From an uncultured Verrucomicrobiota bacterium (GTDB lineage: Bacteria; Verrucomicrobiota; Verrucomicrobiia; Limisphaerales; CAIMTB01): a DNA stretch of 64,000 nucleotides. Of the stretch, positions 37,886-48,340 are shown piece by piece. The stretch is taken from contig CAYMDA010000002.1 in NCBI GenBank assembly GCA_964389135.1, positions 138,800-202,799 of the forward strand, given 5' to 3'. Within the stretch, counting starts at the first letter, position 1; each line of letters opens with the position of its first letter. Both the position numbers and the translations under genes were made by a program. The notes beneath the pieces were generated by a model. The model was given only the letters and a program-made list of their open reading frames with translations, searched no databases and was not told the DNA's origin.

Positions 37886-39298
37886 TCAGCAGTCGTAGTA
37901 GAGGTAGAACTCGTACGGATGGGGGCGGAGGCGGATGGCGTCGTGTTCCTTCCGCTTCTGCTCGATCCACATGTCGATGAATTCGCGCGTGAAGACATCG
38001 CCCTTGAGAAGGAACTCGTGGTCGTTCTGGAGGGCGTCGAGCGCCTCGGAGAGCGAACCGGGGACCTTGGGCACGCGGGCGAGTTCCTCCGGCGGAAGCT
38101 CGTAGAGGTTCTTGTCCATGGGCTCGCCGGGATCGATCTTGTTGAGGATGCCGTCGAGTCCCGCCATCAGCAGCGCGGAGTAGCAGAGGTAGGGATTGGC
38201 GGCCGGATCGGGCGGACGGTACTCGATGCGCTTGGCCTTGGGGTTCTCGCTGAAGGTTGGGATGCGGATCGCGGCGGAGCGGTTGCGCGCCGAGTATGCG
38301 AGGTTGACGGGCGCCTCGTAGCCCGGGACGAGCCGCTTGTAGCTGTTGACCGTGGGGTTGCAGAGGGCGCAGAGGGCGCCGGCGTGCTTGAGGATGCCGC
38401 CGATGTAGTAGAGCGCCATCTGGGAGAGGCCGGCGTACTCGCTGCCGGCGAAGAGCGGCTTGCCCTTCTTCCAGAGGGACTGGTGGGTGTGCATGCCGGA
38501 GCCGTTGTCGCCGAAGAGCGGCTTGGGCATGAACGTGACGGTCTTGCCGTGCTTCCGGGCGGTGTTCTTGATGATGTACTTGTAGAGCATCATCGTGTCC
38601 GCCGTCTTGACGAGGGTGTCGAAGCGGAAGTCGATTTCGGCCTGGCCGGCGGTGGCGACCTCGTGGTGCTGGCGTTCGACCTTGATGCCGAGCTGCTCCA
38701 TCACGAGGACCATCTCGGTGCGGAGATCCTGCTGGGTGTCTGCCGGCGCGACCGGGAAGTAGCCTTCCTTGTGGCGGATCTTGTAGCCGAGGTTCGGCAT
38801 TTCATCGCGGCCGGTGTTCCAGATGCCCTCCTCGCTGTCGACCGAGTAGTAGCAGCCGTTGCTGCGGGCCTCGTACTGGACGTTGTCGAAGATGAAGAAC
38901 TCCGCCTCGGGCCCGAAGTAGGCGACATCGGCGATGCCGGTGCTCTCGAGATACTTCTCGGCCTTCTGCGCGATGCCGCGGGGGTCGCGGGCGTAGGGTT
39001 CCTTGGTTCCGGTCTCGGCGATGGTGCAGGTGAGGCTGAGCGTGGGGACCGCGCAGAACGGGTCCATGAACGCGGAGGAGGGGTCGGGCATGGCGAGCAT
39101 GTCGCTGGCCTCGATCGACTTCCAGCCGCGGATCGAGGAGCCGTCGAAGCCGAAGCCCTCCTCGAACACCTCGGGGGTGAGCTCGGCGACGGGCACGCTG
39201 AAGTGCTGCCACGTTCCGAAGGTGTCCACGAACTTCACGTCCACGATCTTGGCGCCGGAACTCTGCGCCAGGTCGATTACCTGCTTGGGGGTCGTCAT
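37886..39298 (-). CDS. glnA: Glutamine synthetase type I
   Basis: 470 aa. Motifs FDGSSIRGW and [18 protein letters not shown]. The adenylylation-type Tyr motif is [10 protein letters not shown]. Confidence 0.97.
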   Translation of the reverse strand: MTTPKQVIDLAQSSGAKIVDVKFVDTFGTWQHFSVPVAELTPEVFEEGFGFDGSSIRGWKSIEASDMLAMPDPSSAFMDPFCAVPTLSLTCTIAETGTKEPYARDPRGIAQKAEKYLESTGIADVAYFGPEAEFFIFDNVQYEARSNGCYYSVDSEEGIWNTGRDEMPNLGYKIRHKEGYFPVAPADTQQDLRTEMVLVMEQLGIKVERQHHEVATAGQAEIDFRFDTLVKTADTMMLYKYIIKNTARKHGKTVTFMPKPLFGDNGSGMHTHQSLWKKGKPLFAGSEYAGLSQMALYYIGGILKHAGALCALCNPTVNSYKRLVPGYEAPVNLAYSARNRSAAIRIPTFSENPKAKRIEYRPPDPAANPYLCYSALLMAGLDGILNKIDPGEPMDKNLYELPPEELARVPKVPGSLSEALDALQNDHEFLLKGDVFTREFIDMWIEQKRKEHDAIRLRPHPYEFYLYYDC

Positions 39299-39395
39299 TG
39301 TTGTGTCTCTTGGTGCGCTGCGGTTTTGGGTTTGCGCCGGTCCGTGACAGCGCGGTCGGCCGGAGCAGAGTGTGTTGGTTGACTGGGTCCCGTGT

Positions 39396-39428
39396 CACGG
39401 CCCGCCGGCGGGGGGCCGGCGGGCCGTG
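39396..39428 (-). terminator. Perfect 14-bp G+C hairpin between amt and glnA (no U tract)
   Basis: cacggcccgccggc-ggggg-gccggcgggccgtg. It lies 8 nt after the amt stop (39437-39439) and 97 nt before the glnA ATG. Confidence 0.45.
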
Positions 39429-39436
39429 GGCGGCGG

Positions 39437-40846
39437 TCAGGCGTGGTGATATCCCTCCTCGCCGTGCTCGGCGAGATCGAGTCCCGCGGTTTCGATATCC
39501 TCGGTGGGCCGCAGTCCGAGGGCGGCCTTCACGATGAAGGCGATGACCACCGTCGCGACGACGGAGAGCACGAGGGTGAGCAGGATGGCCTTCAGCTGGT
39601 TGAGCACGAGGCCGTCGGCCACCTCCGCCACGAACGGGTTGGTGTCCGCGTCCGCGAGCAGGCCGGTCATGAGCGCGCCGAGCGTTCCGCCGACGCCGTG
39701 CACTCCGAAGGTGTCCAGGGCGTCATCGTACCCGAGCCACTGCTTGAGCTTCCAGCACGCGAGGAACGGCAGCACGCCGCCGACGAGGCCGATGATCATG
39801 GCGCCCGTGGTGTTGATGAACCCGCAAGCGGGCGTGACGACGACCAGGCCGGCCACCACGCCCGAGCAGAAGCCGAGCACGCTCGGCTTCCCTTTGATGA
39901 TCCATTCGCAGACGCCCCACGTGAAGCTGGCGGTCGCCGCGGCGAGCGTGGTCATGATGAAGGCGTTTGCCGCGATCGCGTCGGCCGCGAGGGCGCTGCC
40001 GGCGTTGAAGCCGTACCAGCCGACCCAGAGCATGCCCGTGCCGATCATGCACAGCACCATGCTGTGCGGCGGCATGGGTTCACGGCCGTAGCCCCGCCGC
40101 GGTCCGAGGATGATGCAGAGCGCCAGCGCTGACCAGCCCGACGACATGTGCACCACCGTGCCGCCCGCGAAGTCGAGGGCCCGGATGGGCGCGTCCGGAT
40201 TGGCGCCGCACATGAGGCCGCCGCCCGCCCAGACCATGTGGGCGAGCGGGAAGTAGACGGCGAACATCCAGATCAGGATGAAGAGCATGAGCGCGGAGTA
40301 CTTCATGCGCTCGGCGACGGCGCCGACGATCAGGGCCGGCGTGATGATCGCGAAGGTGAGCTGGAAGGTCGCCCAGACGTTGTTCGAGATCCAGTTGCTG
40401 CCCATCCCGACCTCGTGGCCCGTGACGCCGCGCAGCAGAAGGTGCGCGGTGCCTCCGAGGATCGAGTTGCCCTCGCTGAACGCGAGGCTGTAGCCGCAGA
40501 GCCACCAGAGGATCGTGACCATCCCGGCGATTCCGAGGCACTGGGCCATGACGGAGAGGACGTTCTTGCGGCGGACGAGCCCGCCATAGAAGAGGGCGAG
40601 GCCGGGCAGCGTCATGAAGAGCACGAGGGCCGTCGCGGTCATCTGCCAGGCGTTGTGCCCGGGCCCCGGCCCCGGAACGGCGGAGTCGCCCCCGGTCTCG
40701 AGGCGCGCGCCGTTGTTGATGTACGCCTCGAGGTCGGCGAGACGATCCTCGACCGAGCGGGTCGTCTCGGCGGCGCCCAGGTCGAGCGGGGCCGCGAACG
40801 CGATCGCGAGGAACAGCAGGAGTGCGAGGAGTGTGCGTGGGGGCAT
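39437..40846 (-). CDS. amt: Ammonium transporter (Amt family), distal paralogue
   Basis: 469 aa from ATG 40846 (signal MPPRTLLALLLFLAIAFAAPL). The Amt signature is LDFAGGTVVHMSSGWSALALCIILGPRRG. Confidence 0.9.
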   Translation of the reverse strand: MPPRTLLALLLFLAIAFAAPLDLGAAETTRSVEDRLADLEAYINNGARLETGGDSAVPGPGPGHNAWQMTATALVLFMTLPGLALFYGGLVRRKNVLSVMAQCLGIAGMVTILWWLCGYSLAFSEGNSILGGTAHLLLRGVTGHEVGMGSNWISNNVWATFQLTFAIITPALIVGAVAERMKYSALMLFILIWMFAVYFPLAHMVWAGGGLMCGANPDAPIRALDFAGGTVVHMSSGWSALALCIILGPRRGYGREPMPPHSMVLCMIGTGMLWVGWYGFNAGSALAADAIAANAFIMTTLAAATASFTWGVCEWIIKGKPSVLGFCSGVVAGLVVVTPACGFINTTGAMIIGLVGGVLPFLACWKLKQWLGYDDALDTFGVHGVGGTLGALMTGLLADADTNPFVAEVADGLVLNQLKAILLTLVLSVVATVVIAFIVKAALGLRPTEDIETAGLDLAEHGEEGYHHA

Positions 40847-40939
40847 TGCTGAGGGGGTAGGCTTGGAATCGAGAAGGGGGGAGCCGTGGCTTCGCAGGTC
40901 AGCCCGTCGATGCGGCACGGCTCCCCCGAACCCGGTTTC

Positions 40940-42301
40940 TCAGCGCTCGGCCACCGCCTGGAAGTAGGGGTAGGCCTCGTTGGCGTGTTCGCCGATGTCG
41001 AGCCCGAGGTTCTCCTCCTCAGGGCTCACCCGCAGGCCCGTCGCGACCTTCAGGATCAGGAAGGCGCAGAGGGCGAAGATCAGCGTGAAGGCGCCCACGG
41101 CGACGATGCCGATGATCTGGGTGACGAGCTGGGCGCCGCCGGCGAGCTGGCCGAAGAGGCCGACGGCGAGCGTGCCCCAGATTCCGCAGGTGAGGTGGAC
41201 CGAGATGGCGCCGACCGGATCATCGATCCGCATGCGGTCGAGGAACAGGACGGACAGCACCACGAGGATTCCCGAGATCAGGCCGATGATGACGGAGGAG
41301 GCGGGCGCCATCTGATCAGCGCCGGCGGTGATGCCGACGAGACCCGCGAGGATGCCGTTGAGCACCATGGAGTGGTCGGGCTTCTTGAGCAGCAGCCACG
41401 AGGTCGCCATCGCGCCGATCGCCCCCGCCGCGGCCGCGAGGTTGGTGGTCACGAGGACGAGGGAGGTCATCGCCGGATCGGCCGAGAGCACCGAGCCGCC
41501 GTTGAACCCGAACCAGCCGAGCCACAGGAGGAACACGCCAATTGTCGCCAGGGGCATGCTGTGGCCTGGAATCGGGAGGGGGCGTCCGTCCTTGCTGTAC
41601 TTGCCCAGGCGCGGCCCGAGGATGATCGCGCCCGCGAGCGCGCCCCAGCCGCCGACCGAGTGCACGAGGGTGGAACCCGCGAAGTCATAGAACGGCGTCT
41701 CGAGCGTGGCGAGCCAGCCGCCGCCCCACTTCCAGAAGCCGGTGATCGGATAGGACAGGGTGACGAACACCGCGGAGAAGATGAGGAACGGCCCGAGCTT
41801 GACGCGCTCCGCCACGGCGCCCGAGACGATGGTCGCGGCGGTCGCGGCGAACATTCCCTGGAAGAGGAAGTCGGTCCAGTAGGTGTACCCCGCATTGTAG
41901 GCATCGGTGAGCGAGCCCACCTCATCCGTCACGGACACGCCGAATCCCCCGAAGCCGAACCATTTCCCGGCGAAGGCTTCCCCGGGATACATCAGGTTGA
42001 AGCCCGCGATCGTGTAGGTCAGCAGGCCGATGCACGGAATGAGGGTGTTCTTGAAGAGGATGTTGACCGTGTTCTTGGACCGGGTGAGTCCCGATTCCAC
42101 CGAGGCGAACCCGAGGTGCATGATGAACACCAGGCAGGTCGCGACCATCATCCAGATGTTGTTGGCCGTGAAGATGGTGTAACCCGCGGATTCCTTGAAG
42201 GCATCGACCGACTCATAGGCTGGCGTGTCCGCGGAGGCGAGGCACGCGGAGGCCCCGAGGGCGGCCGCGCAGAGGGCGAGGGGGAGTAACTTCAGTTTCA
42301 T
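40940..42301 (-). CDS. amtB: Ammonium transporter (Amt family), glnK-adjacent
   Basis: 453 aa from ATG 42301 (signal MKLKLLPLALCAAALGASACLASA). The signature is YDFAGSTLVHSVGGWGALAGAIILGPRLG. It starts 46 nt after the glnK stop. Confidence 0.9.
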   Translation of the reverse strand: MKLKLLPLALCAAALGASACLASADTPAYESVDAFKESAGYTIFTANNIWMMVATCLVFIMHLGFASVESGLTRSKNTVNILFKNTLIPCIGLLTYTIAGFNLMYPGEAFAGKWFGFGGFGVSVTDEVGSLTDAYNAGYTYWTDFLFQGMFAATAATIVSGAVAERVKLGPFLIFSAVFVTLSYPITGFWKWGGGWLATLETPFYDFAGSTLVHSVGGWGALAGAIILGPRLGKYSKDGRPLPIPGHSMPLATIGVFLLWLGWFGFNGGSVLSADPAMTSLVLVTTNLAAAAGAIGAMATSWLLLKKPDHSMVLNGILAGLVGITAGADQMAPASSVIIGLISGILVVLSVLFLDRMRIDDPVGAISVHLTCGIWGTLAVGLFGQLAGGAQLVTQIIGIVAVGAFTLIFALCAFLILKVATGLRVSPEEENLGLDIGEHANEAYPYFQAVAER

Positions 42302-42347
42302 GGGGTCGGGGAGGAGGTGATCGAGATGTGTGTTGCGGAGAGGAGGA

Positions 42348-42734
<387 letters not shown>

Positions 42735-42881
42735 TCATCCCTGCCGGCCCCGTGAGGATGATTCCCAGTTGCGGCCGGCCCGGTTTTCCCGGAGGCGTTG
42801 CGGACCGGACGGCGCCTACCCCCGCGGGAACCGCCCGGTCCGAACACCAGTCGGACGTGATTTCTCACGCCGCGGCCGTTG

Positions 42882-42898
42882 AGCACCCGGCATGCCAA
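42882..42898 (-). promoter_or_regulatory. Candidate sigma-54 promoter for glnK-amt operon
   Basis: The minus strand reads TTGGCATGCCGGGTGCT. GG and GC are spaced as in TGGCAC-N5-TTGCW. It lies about 185 nt upstream of glnK ATG 42686. Confidence 0.3.
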
Positions 42899-42990
42899 AC
42901 GGTGGTCAGAGCCCGGGGAATCCCGCGCCGCACCGCCCCCGACAGCCTCAGCCCATGGCGCGATCCATCCCGCGCCGCCCGCACCAGCGC

Positions 42991-43062
42991 GGTTCCGAAC
43001 GGTTTCCGAGACGCTTCCCGCAGGAAACATCCCGGCTGCTGAACCGGAACACGTACGGAACC
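42991..43062. promoter_or_regulatory. Imperfect 18-nt dyad (possible enhancer/UAS) upstream of the sigma-54 candidate
   Basis: GGTTCCGAACGGTTTCCG (42991-43008) and CGGAACACGTACGGAACC (43045-43062) are complementary at 15 of 18 positions. Each arm is itself two CGGAAC-like half-sites. A TTCC-N4-GGAA element lies at 43015-43026. Confidence 0.3.
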
Positions 43063-43207
43063 CCCATCGCATTCATGGAGACCCTGAACGGTGTCGTTTT
43101 TTGATCAGGGAGCGCCGTTTGATGCAGCCCGGGCTGCGGCGGCGGGCACGACGCGGAGGCCCGCGCGCGGCGGCAGGCGCCGGCGCCCCTGCGGTCCCGG
43201 TCGTTAA

Positions 43208-45496
43208 TCAGGGGCTCAGAATGCGCCGCAGCTCGAGGGCCGGACCGTAGCCGGGTTCCAGTTCGAGAACGCGTTCGACGGCGATCAGGGCGTCCCGTGG
43301 CCGCCCTTGCTGCGCGAGGATGGTGGCGCGCGCGTAGGGGATGCGCGGGTCCCGCGGATTGGCCTGTTCGGCGCGAAGGAGGGAGTCCATCGCGTCCTCG
43401 GTGCGTCCCGCCGCGTGGAGAGCGAGTCCGAGGTTGTAGAGCGCGCGGTCGTGACGGGGATCGAGTCGGGCGGCCTCCGTGAGGGAGTCGATTGCCTGCT
43501 GGGGCTGCCCGGCCTCGTTCCATGCGAGGCCAAGGCGGTAGTGGGCTTCCGCGCTGTCCGGGTCCGTGCGCGCGGCTTCGCGGGCCTGGGCGAGGGCGTC
43601 CATGACGCGCCCGGCGGCGCTGAGTGCGACCGCGTAATCGAGGCGAATGCCGGAGGAACCCGGGTCCCATCGCAGGGCGCGTTCGTAGTGGTCCAGGGCG
43701 GCGTCGATGCGGCCGCGGGACCACTCGAAGGCGGCGAGCTGTGCCTGGCCGGCGGGCTGGTCCGAGTTGATCTCGAGCATGCGGCGGAGGTCCCGGCCCG
43801 CGGGCGAATCGAGATTCAGCCTGGCGCGGAGCGCCCATGCCGCGGCGATCCGGACGGAGCGAACCGGATCCTCGAGGAGGGAAGTCATGCGGTCGGTCAC
43901 CGCCTGCTCGCCGGCCTCGGCAAGCGGGGCGAGCGCCTGTGCCGCGCGCGTGCGGACAAGCGGGTGCCCGTCAGCGAGCGCGCGCTGCAGGGTCTCGGCC
44001 ACTTCGGGACGGCTTGCCCATGGCTCGAGCATGGCGGCGAGGGAGGCCCGCCAGTATGGGGTTTCGGCGGGTTGGATCAGCTTCAGGAGGTCGGGCACCG
44101 CCGCTTCGGATCCCTGGCGCGCGGCCGCGATGGCGAGGGCGCGCCGTCGCGCGTGGCGCTCCATGCGGGGCCCGTACCATTGCTCGCAGGCGTCGAGGGC
44201 CCACTGCGCGTCGCGGTCCGTGTGGCAGCGGTTGCAGGCGTTGGGAACGCCGGCGCGCAGGGTGAGGAGCGGATCGGGCGTGGTGAAGCCGTGGTCATGC
44301 CGCGGATGGCGCTGCATGTACACGGTCTGCGGCATGTGACAGTTGACGCAGAGACTGCCGGCGCTTTCGGGCGCATGAAACGTGTGCCGGGCCGGGTCGA
44401 TGATCGGGGAACCGGGGCGGCTGCCGTCGTGGCACTGGAGGCAGAGCTGGTTTCCCTGCAGGCGGGTGCGTCCGCTGTGCGGATCGTGGCAGTCCGTGCA
44501 GGTCACGCCCGCGGCGTGCATGCGGCTTCCGAGGAAGGGGGCGAACTCGTAGTCCTCCTCGAGGATCTGTCCATCGGGATGGAAGAGGTGCTGGTGGTCG
44601 ACGATGGAGAGGAGGAAGTGATCCCAGAACGAATCGCCCGGCGCGAAATCGCCGGTGACCTCGCCGCGGCGCGCGTGGCAGGGGGCGCAGTTCTCCATGT
44701 GCACCGCGGGAGTGAACTGGGCGAGGGTCGGGTCGGGCCCGCGGCCCTGCTCGCGGCGCTGCCACTCCACGTGCTTCCTCATGGGCCCGTGGCAGGACTC
44801 GCATCCGACCCCGAGCTCGGCCATGGCGGTGGCGTACGTGTCGCCTTCGGGCTGGTAGTTCTTCTGGAAGCCCGTGTTGTGGCAGGTGCCGCACATGGAG
44901 TTCCAGTTCATGCCGCGGCCCGACCAGTGGCCCCATTCGCCGGGCTGCCGGTCTTCGTCGCCGAAGACAGTGAACCACTCGCGGGCGAGCGGATCGTAGG
45001 CGGCCTCAACGGCCTGGAGGCGGCCGCCGTCGGCCGGGACGAGGTACTGGCGCAGCGGCGAGTGCCCGATGACCCGTTCCACCCGCAACGGTTCCGAGTC
45101 CTGCCCGCCGTGCAAGTCGATGAGGAAATCGTCGTCGAACCGGACCGAGGTGGCCTGGGAGCCGTGCCGCAGCGTGCGGGGGGGATCGAAGGCCTCCTGA
45201 TCGAGTGCGGGGTGCGGCGGGCGTTCGGCGAGGTGATGATGGGACTGCCGCCAGAGCGCGAAGGCATCCGCATGGCAGTCGCGGCAGGATGCCGAGCCCG
45301 CATACTCGTCGAGCATCGTCGTCCGCGGACCGGAGTCACGGGCGATGGCACGCGTTCCGGACTCGGGCGACGACCGGGGCCACAGGAGCCATGCCACGAT
45401 CGCGAGCGCGATCACGCCCGCCGCGGCGAGCGCCAGCGGCCTGGATCGATTGGTTCGCGGAGCCTGTCCGCGGGAGGGTTTTTTCTTTCGCGCCAT
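43208..45496 (-). CDS. Octaheme c-type cytochrome (cytochrome c554-like multiheme family) fused to HEAT/TPR repeats
   Basis: 762 aa from ATG 45496 (signal anchor [19 protein letters not shown]). There are eight CxxCH motifs: CRDCH, CGTCH, CESCH, CAPCH, CTDCH, CLQCH, CVNCH and CNRCH. The C-terminal ~300 aa are TPR-like ([24 protein letters not shown]...). Confidence 0.85.
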   Translation of the reverse strand: MARKKKPSRGQAPRTNRSRPLALAAAGVIALAIVAWLLWPRSSPESGTRAIARDSGPRTTMLDEYAGSASCRDCHADAFALWRQSHHHLAERPPHPALDQEAFDPPRTLRHGSQATSVRFDDDFLIDLHGGQDSEPLRVERVIGHSPLRQYLVPADGGRLQAVEAAYDPLAREWFTVFGDEDRQPGEWGHWSGRGMNWNSMCGTCHNTGFQKNYQPEGDTYATAMAELGVGCESCHGPMRKHVEWQRREQGRGPDPTLAQFTPAVHMENCAPCHARRGEVTGDFAPGDSFWDHFLLSIVDHQHLFHPDGQILEEDYEFAPFLGSRMHAAGVTCTDCHDPHSGRTRLQGNQLCLQCHDGSRPGSPIIDPARHTFHAPESAGSLCVNCHMPQTVYMQRHPRHDHGFTTPDPLLTLRAGVPNACNRCHTDRDAQWALDACEQWYGPRMERHARRRALAIAAARQGSEAAVPDLLKLIQPAETPYWRASLAAMLEPWASRPEVAETLQRALADGHPLVRTRAAQALAPLAEAGEQAVTDRMTSLLEDPVRSVRIAAAWALRARLNLDSPAGRDLRRMLEINSDQPAGQAQLAAFEWSRGRIDAALDHYERALRWDPGSSGIRLDYAVALSAAGRVMDALAQAREAARTDPDSAEAHYRLGLAWNEAGQPQQAIDSLTEAARLDPRHDRALYNLGLALHAAGRTEDAMDSLLRAEQANPRDPRIPYARATILAQQGRPRDALIAVERVLELEPGYGPALELRRILSP

Positions 45497-45662
45497 GCTG
45501 CGGCTGATCGGAGACGGCGACGATGCCGGGAGGTGGCGGGGTGGCGCAACCACGGGGCGCCGTGGCATGCGGAGGAAGGTCGCGGCGGGCGGAGCGATCG
45601 GGCCTCGCGCGCGGGCGGGCATGGCTTGGCGCGGTCGCGCCCGCCATGCATCCTTTCGCGCC

Positions 45663-47303
45663 ATGGCGCACCATTCGCTGGCGGGAAGGAAGGCTCCGGC
45701 GGAGCTGCTGGTCGATGTCGCGAAACTCGAACGTGACTATTACGAACTGCGGCCGGACGGGTCTGATCCGTCGCAGGCGGTGGCGTTTGGAACGAGCGGG
45801 CACCGGGGCACGTCCAGCGCGGGCACGTTCAACGAGGCGCACATCCTTGCGATCACGCAGGCGATCTGCGAGTACCGCCGCGCGGAGGGCGTGACGGGCC
45901 CGCTCTTCATGGGCATGGACACGCATGCCCTTTCGCGGCACGCGCACCGGACGGCGCTGGAGGTGCTCGCCGGCAACGGGGTCGAGGTCGCGATCCAGCA
46001 GGGCGGCGGGTACACGCCGACGCCGGCGGTGTCCCACGCGATCCTGGCCCACAACCGGGGCAGGGGCACCGGAAAGGCCGACGGCATCATCATCACGCCG
46101 TCGCACAACCCGCCCGCCGACGGGGGCTTCAAGTACAACCCGCCGTACGGGGGACCGGCCCAGAGCGACGCGACGCAGTGGATCCAGAACCGGGCGAACG
46201 AGCTCCTGCGCGGAGGCAATCGGGGGGTCCTCCGGGAGCCGTACGAACGCGCGATCCGCGCACCGGGGACGCGGGAGCGCGACTTCTGCGCGCCGTACGT
46301 GGAGGATCTTCCCGCGGTGATCGACCTTGCCCGCATCCGCGAGGCGCGGGTCTCGATCGGCGTGGATCCCCTCGGCGGGGCCTCCGTCGGATACTGGCAG
46401 CCGATCGCCGAGAAGTACGGACTCGACCTCACGGTGGTGAATCCGGCCGTGGACCCGCAGTTCGCGTTCATGACGGTGGACCACGACGGGAAGATCCGGA
46501 TGGACTGCTCGAGCCCCCATGCCATGGCGGGGCTCATCGCGATGAAGGACCGTTTCCAGGTGGCCTTCGGCAACGATCCGGACGCTGACCGCCACGGCAT
46601 TGTGACGCCGGAGGGCCTGATGAATCCGAACCACTTCCTCGCCGTCGCGATTCACTATCTCTCGACCCACCGGCCGCAGTGGCCCGCCGCGGGGCGCATC
46701 GGCAAGACGGTGGTGAGCTCGAGCGTGATCGACCGGGTGGTGCACGGACTGAACCGGCCGCTCTACGAGGTGCCCGTCGGGTTCAAGTGGTTCGCGCCGG
46801 GACTGTATGACGGCTCGCTCCTTTTCGGTGGCGAGGAAAGCGCCGGCGCGAGCTTCCAGCGCATGGACGGCACCGCGTGGAGCACCGACAAGGACGGGTT
46901 GATCCTCGCGCTGCTCGCCGCGGAAATCGCCGCGGTGACCGGGAGGAACCCGGCGCAGTATTACGCCGAGCTGACCCGGACCCACGGCGCGCCGAGCTAC
47001 ACGCGCATCGACGCGCCGGTCACCCCGGCGCAGAAGGAGGCGTTCAGGCGGCTCACGGCCGAGTCACTCCCCGTGCGCGAGATCGCGGGCGATCCGGTGG
47101 TCCGCGTGCTCACGCGCGCGCCGGGGAACAACGAACCCATCGGGGGAATCAAGGTGGAGACGCGGGAGGGATGGTTCGCCGCGCGCCCCTCGGGAACGGA
47201 GAACCTGTACAAGCTTTATGCCGAGAGTTTTCGGGGTGAGGATCACCTCGAGCGAATTGTCAGGGACGCGAGGCAGGTCCTTGCCACGGTCCTCGGCGGG
47301 TGA
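45663..47303 (+). CDS. pgm: Phosphoglucomutase, alpha-D-glucose phosphate-specific
   Basis: 546 aa from ATG 45663. Motifs [11 protein letters not shown] and [15 protein letters not shown] (phosphoserine loop). The length matches enterobacterial Pgm. The upstream part of track ORF 45345-47303 is not coding. Confidence 0.95.
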   Translation: MAHHSLAGRKAPAELLVDVAKLERDYYELRPDGSDPSQAVAFGTSGHRGTSSAGTFNEAHILAITQAICEYRRAEGVTGPLFMGMDTHALSRHAHRTALEVLAGNGVEVAIQQGGGYTPTPAVSHAILAHNRGRGTGKADGIIITPSHNPPADGGFKYNPPYGGPAQSDATQWIQNRANELLRGGNRGVLREPYERAIRAPGTRERDFCAPYVEDLPAVIDLARIREARVSIGVDPLGGASVGYWQPIAEKYGLDLTVVNPAVDPQFAFMTVDHDGKIRMDCSSPHAMAGLIAMKDRFQVAFGNDPDADRHGIVTPEGLMNPNHFLAVAIHYLSTHRPQWPAAGRIGKTVVSSSVIDRVVHGLNRPLYEVPVGFKWFAPGLYDGSLLFGGEESAGASFQRMDGTAWSTDKDGLILALLAAEIAAVTGRNPAQYYAELTRTHGAPSYTRIDAPVTPAQKEAFRRLTAESLPVREIAGDPVVRVLTRAPGNNEPIGGIKVETREGWFAARPSGTENLYKLYAESFRGEDHLERIVRDARQVLATVLGG

Positions 47304-47365
47304 GACGGCAGGATGCGTCCGCCCACTGACTGGCTGCCTATCTTCAATGACTCCATCACTGACCC

Positions 47366-48268
47366 ATGAGTAGTGTTCTGATCGTCGGATCCACGGCGCT
47401 CGATTCCATCAAGACCCCGAAGGCCGAGAAACCGCGTCTGCTGGGCGGATCCGCAAGTCATGCCGCGATCGCCGCAAGCCTCTTTGCGCCGGTGAAACTG
47501 GTGGGAATCGTGGGCGACGACTTTCCCCGCCGGTACATCTCGCTGTTCCGCAACCGCGGCATCGACCTCGAGGGACTCCGCGTCGAGCCCGGAAAGACAT
47601 TTCACTGGTCCGGCGAGTACGAGATGAACATGAACCACCGGCGTACGCTGAACACGGAGCTCGGCGTGTTCGAGAACTTCACGCCGGACCTGCCGGAGTC
47701 GTACCGCGACGCGCCGTTCGTTCTCCTGGGCAACATCGGGCCGGACCTGCAGCATCGTGTCCTCGACCAGGTCCGGAGGCCCGCGTTCGTGATCGCGGAC
47801 ACGATGGACCTGTGGATCAACATCGCGCTTCCCTCCCTGCTGGACCTTCTCAAGCGCGTCGACGCCTTCGTCCTGAACGACAGCGAGGCGCACGCGATCA
47901 CGCGGGAGGACAACGTGTTCGTGTCGATCAAGCGGCTCCACAGGCTGGGGCCGCGCCACGTCATCGTGAAGCTCGGTTCACACGGTTCGATCCTGAGCGG
48001 GCCGGACGGCCTGTTCCTGTGCCCCGCGTTTCCCCTGAGCCGCGTGCTCGATCCGACCGGCGCGGGGGACGCCTTCGTCGGCGCGCTCGTCGGATACCTC
48101 GCCAGCGCGGGTGGCGACATCAACGGCAACCTGCGCCGCGCCATGATCCACGGTTCGGTGGTCGCCGCCTTCTCGTGCGAGGGCTATGGCGTGACCCGGA
48201 TCGCGAGGGCGAAGCGCGACGAGGTGATTCGCCGCGTCGGCGAGCTGGAGCGCCTTTCGCGCTTCTGA
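47366..48268 (+). CDS. PfkB-family carbohydrate kinase
   Basis: 300 aa. The C-terminal DPTGAGDAFVGALVG motif and ribokinase-like fold pattern are present. The substrate is unknown. Confidence 0.85.
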   Translation: MSSVLIVGSTALDSIKTPKAEKPRLLGGSASHAAIAASLFAPVKLVGIVGDDFPRRYISLFRNRGIDLEGLRVEPGKTFHWSGEYEMNMNHRRTLNTELGVFENFTPDLPESYRDAPFVLLGNIGPDLQHRVLDQVRRPAFVIADTMDLWINIALPSLLDLLKRVDAFVLNDSEAHAITREDNVFVSIKRLHRLGPRHVIVKLGSHGSILSGPDGLFLCPAFPLSRVLDPTGAGDAFVGALVGYLASAGGDINGNLRRAMIHGSVVAAFSCEGYGVTRIARAKRDEVIRRVGELERLSRF

Positions 48269-48281
48269 AGCGCGCGGTTCC

Positions 48282-48317
48282 GCCGCGGCCCCGGGGACAA
48301 CCCCGCGGGGCCGCGGC
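48282..48317. terminator. GC hairpin between convergent PfkB-kinase and oxidoreductase genes
   Basis: gccgcggccccgggg-acaac-cccgcggggccgcggc forms 15 bp with a 1-nt bulge. It is followed by a (GCC)5 run. Confidence 0.4.
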
Positions 48318-48340
48318 CGCCGCCGCCGCCGTCCCGCAGC

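Noticed and set aside
45345-45662. 106-codon N-terminal extension of pgm, and the reciprocal 56-codon extension of the cytochrome ORF (45497-45664).
   Set aside because: Pgm homology, and the canonical 546-aa length, begin at ATG 45663. The cytochrome signal anchor begins at ATG 45496. The extensions overlap each other and are Arg-rich.
48315-48330. (GCC)5 microsatellite in the convergent gap after the PfkB-kinase gene.
   Set aside because: It is short, intergenic and overlaps the terminator-like hairpin. There is no evidence of function or variability from a single sequence.
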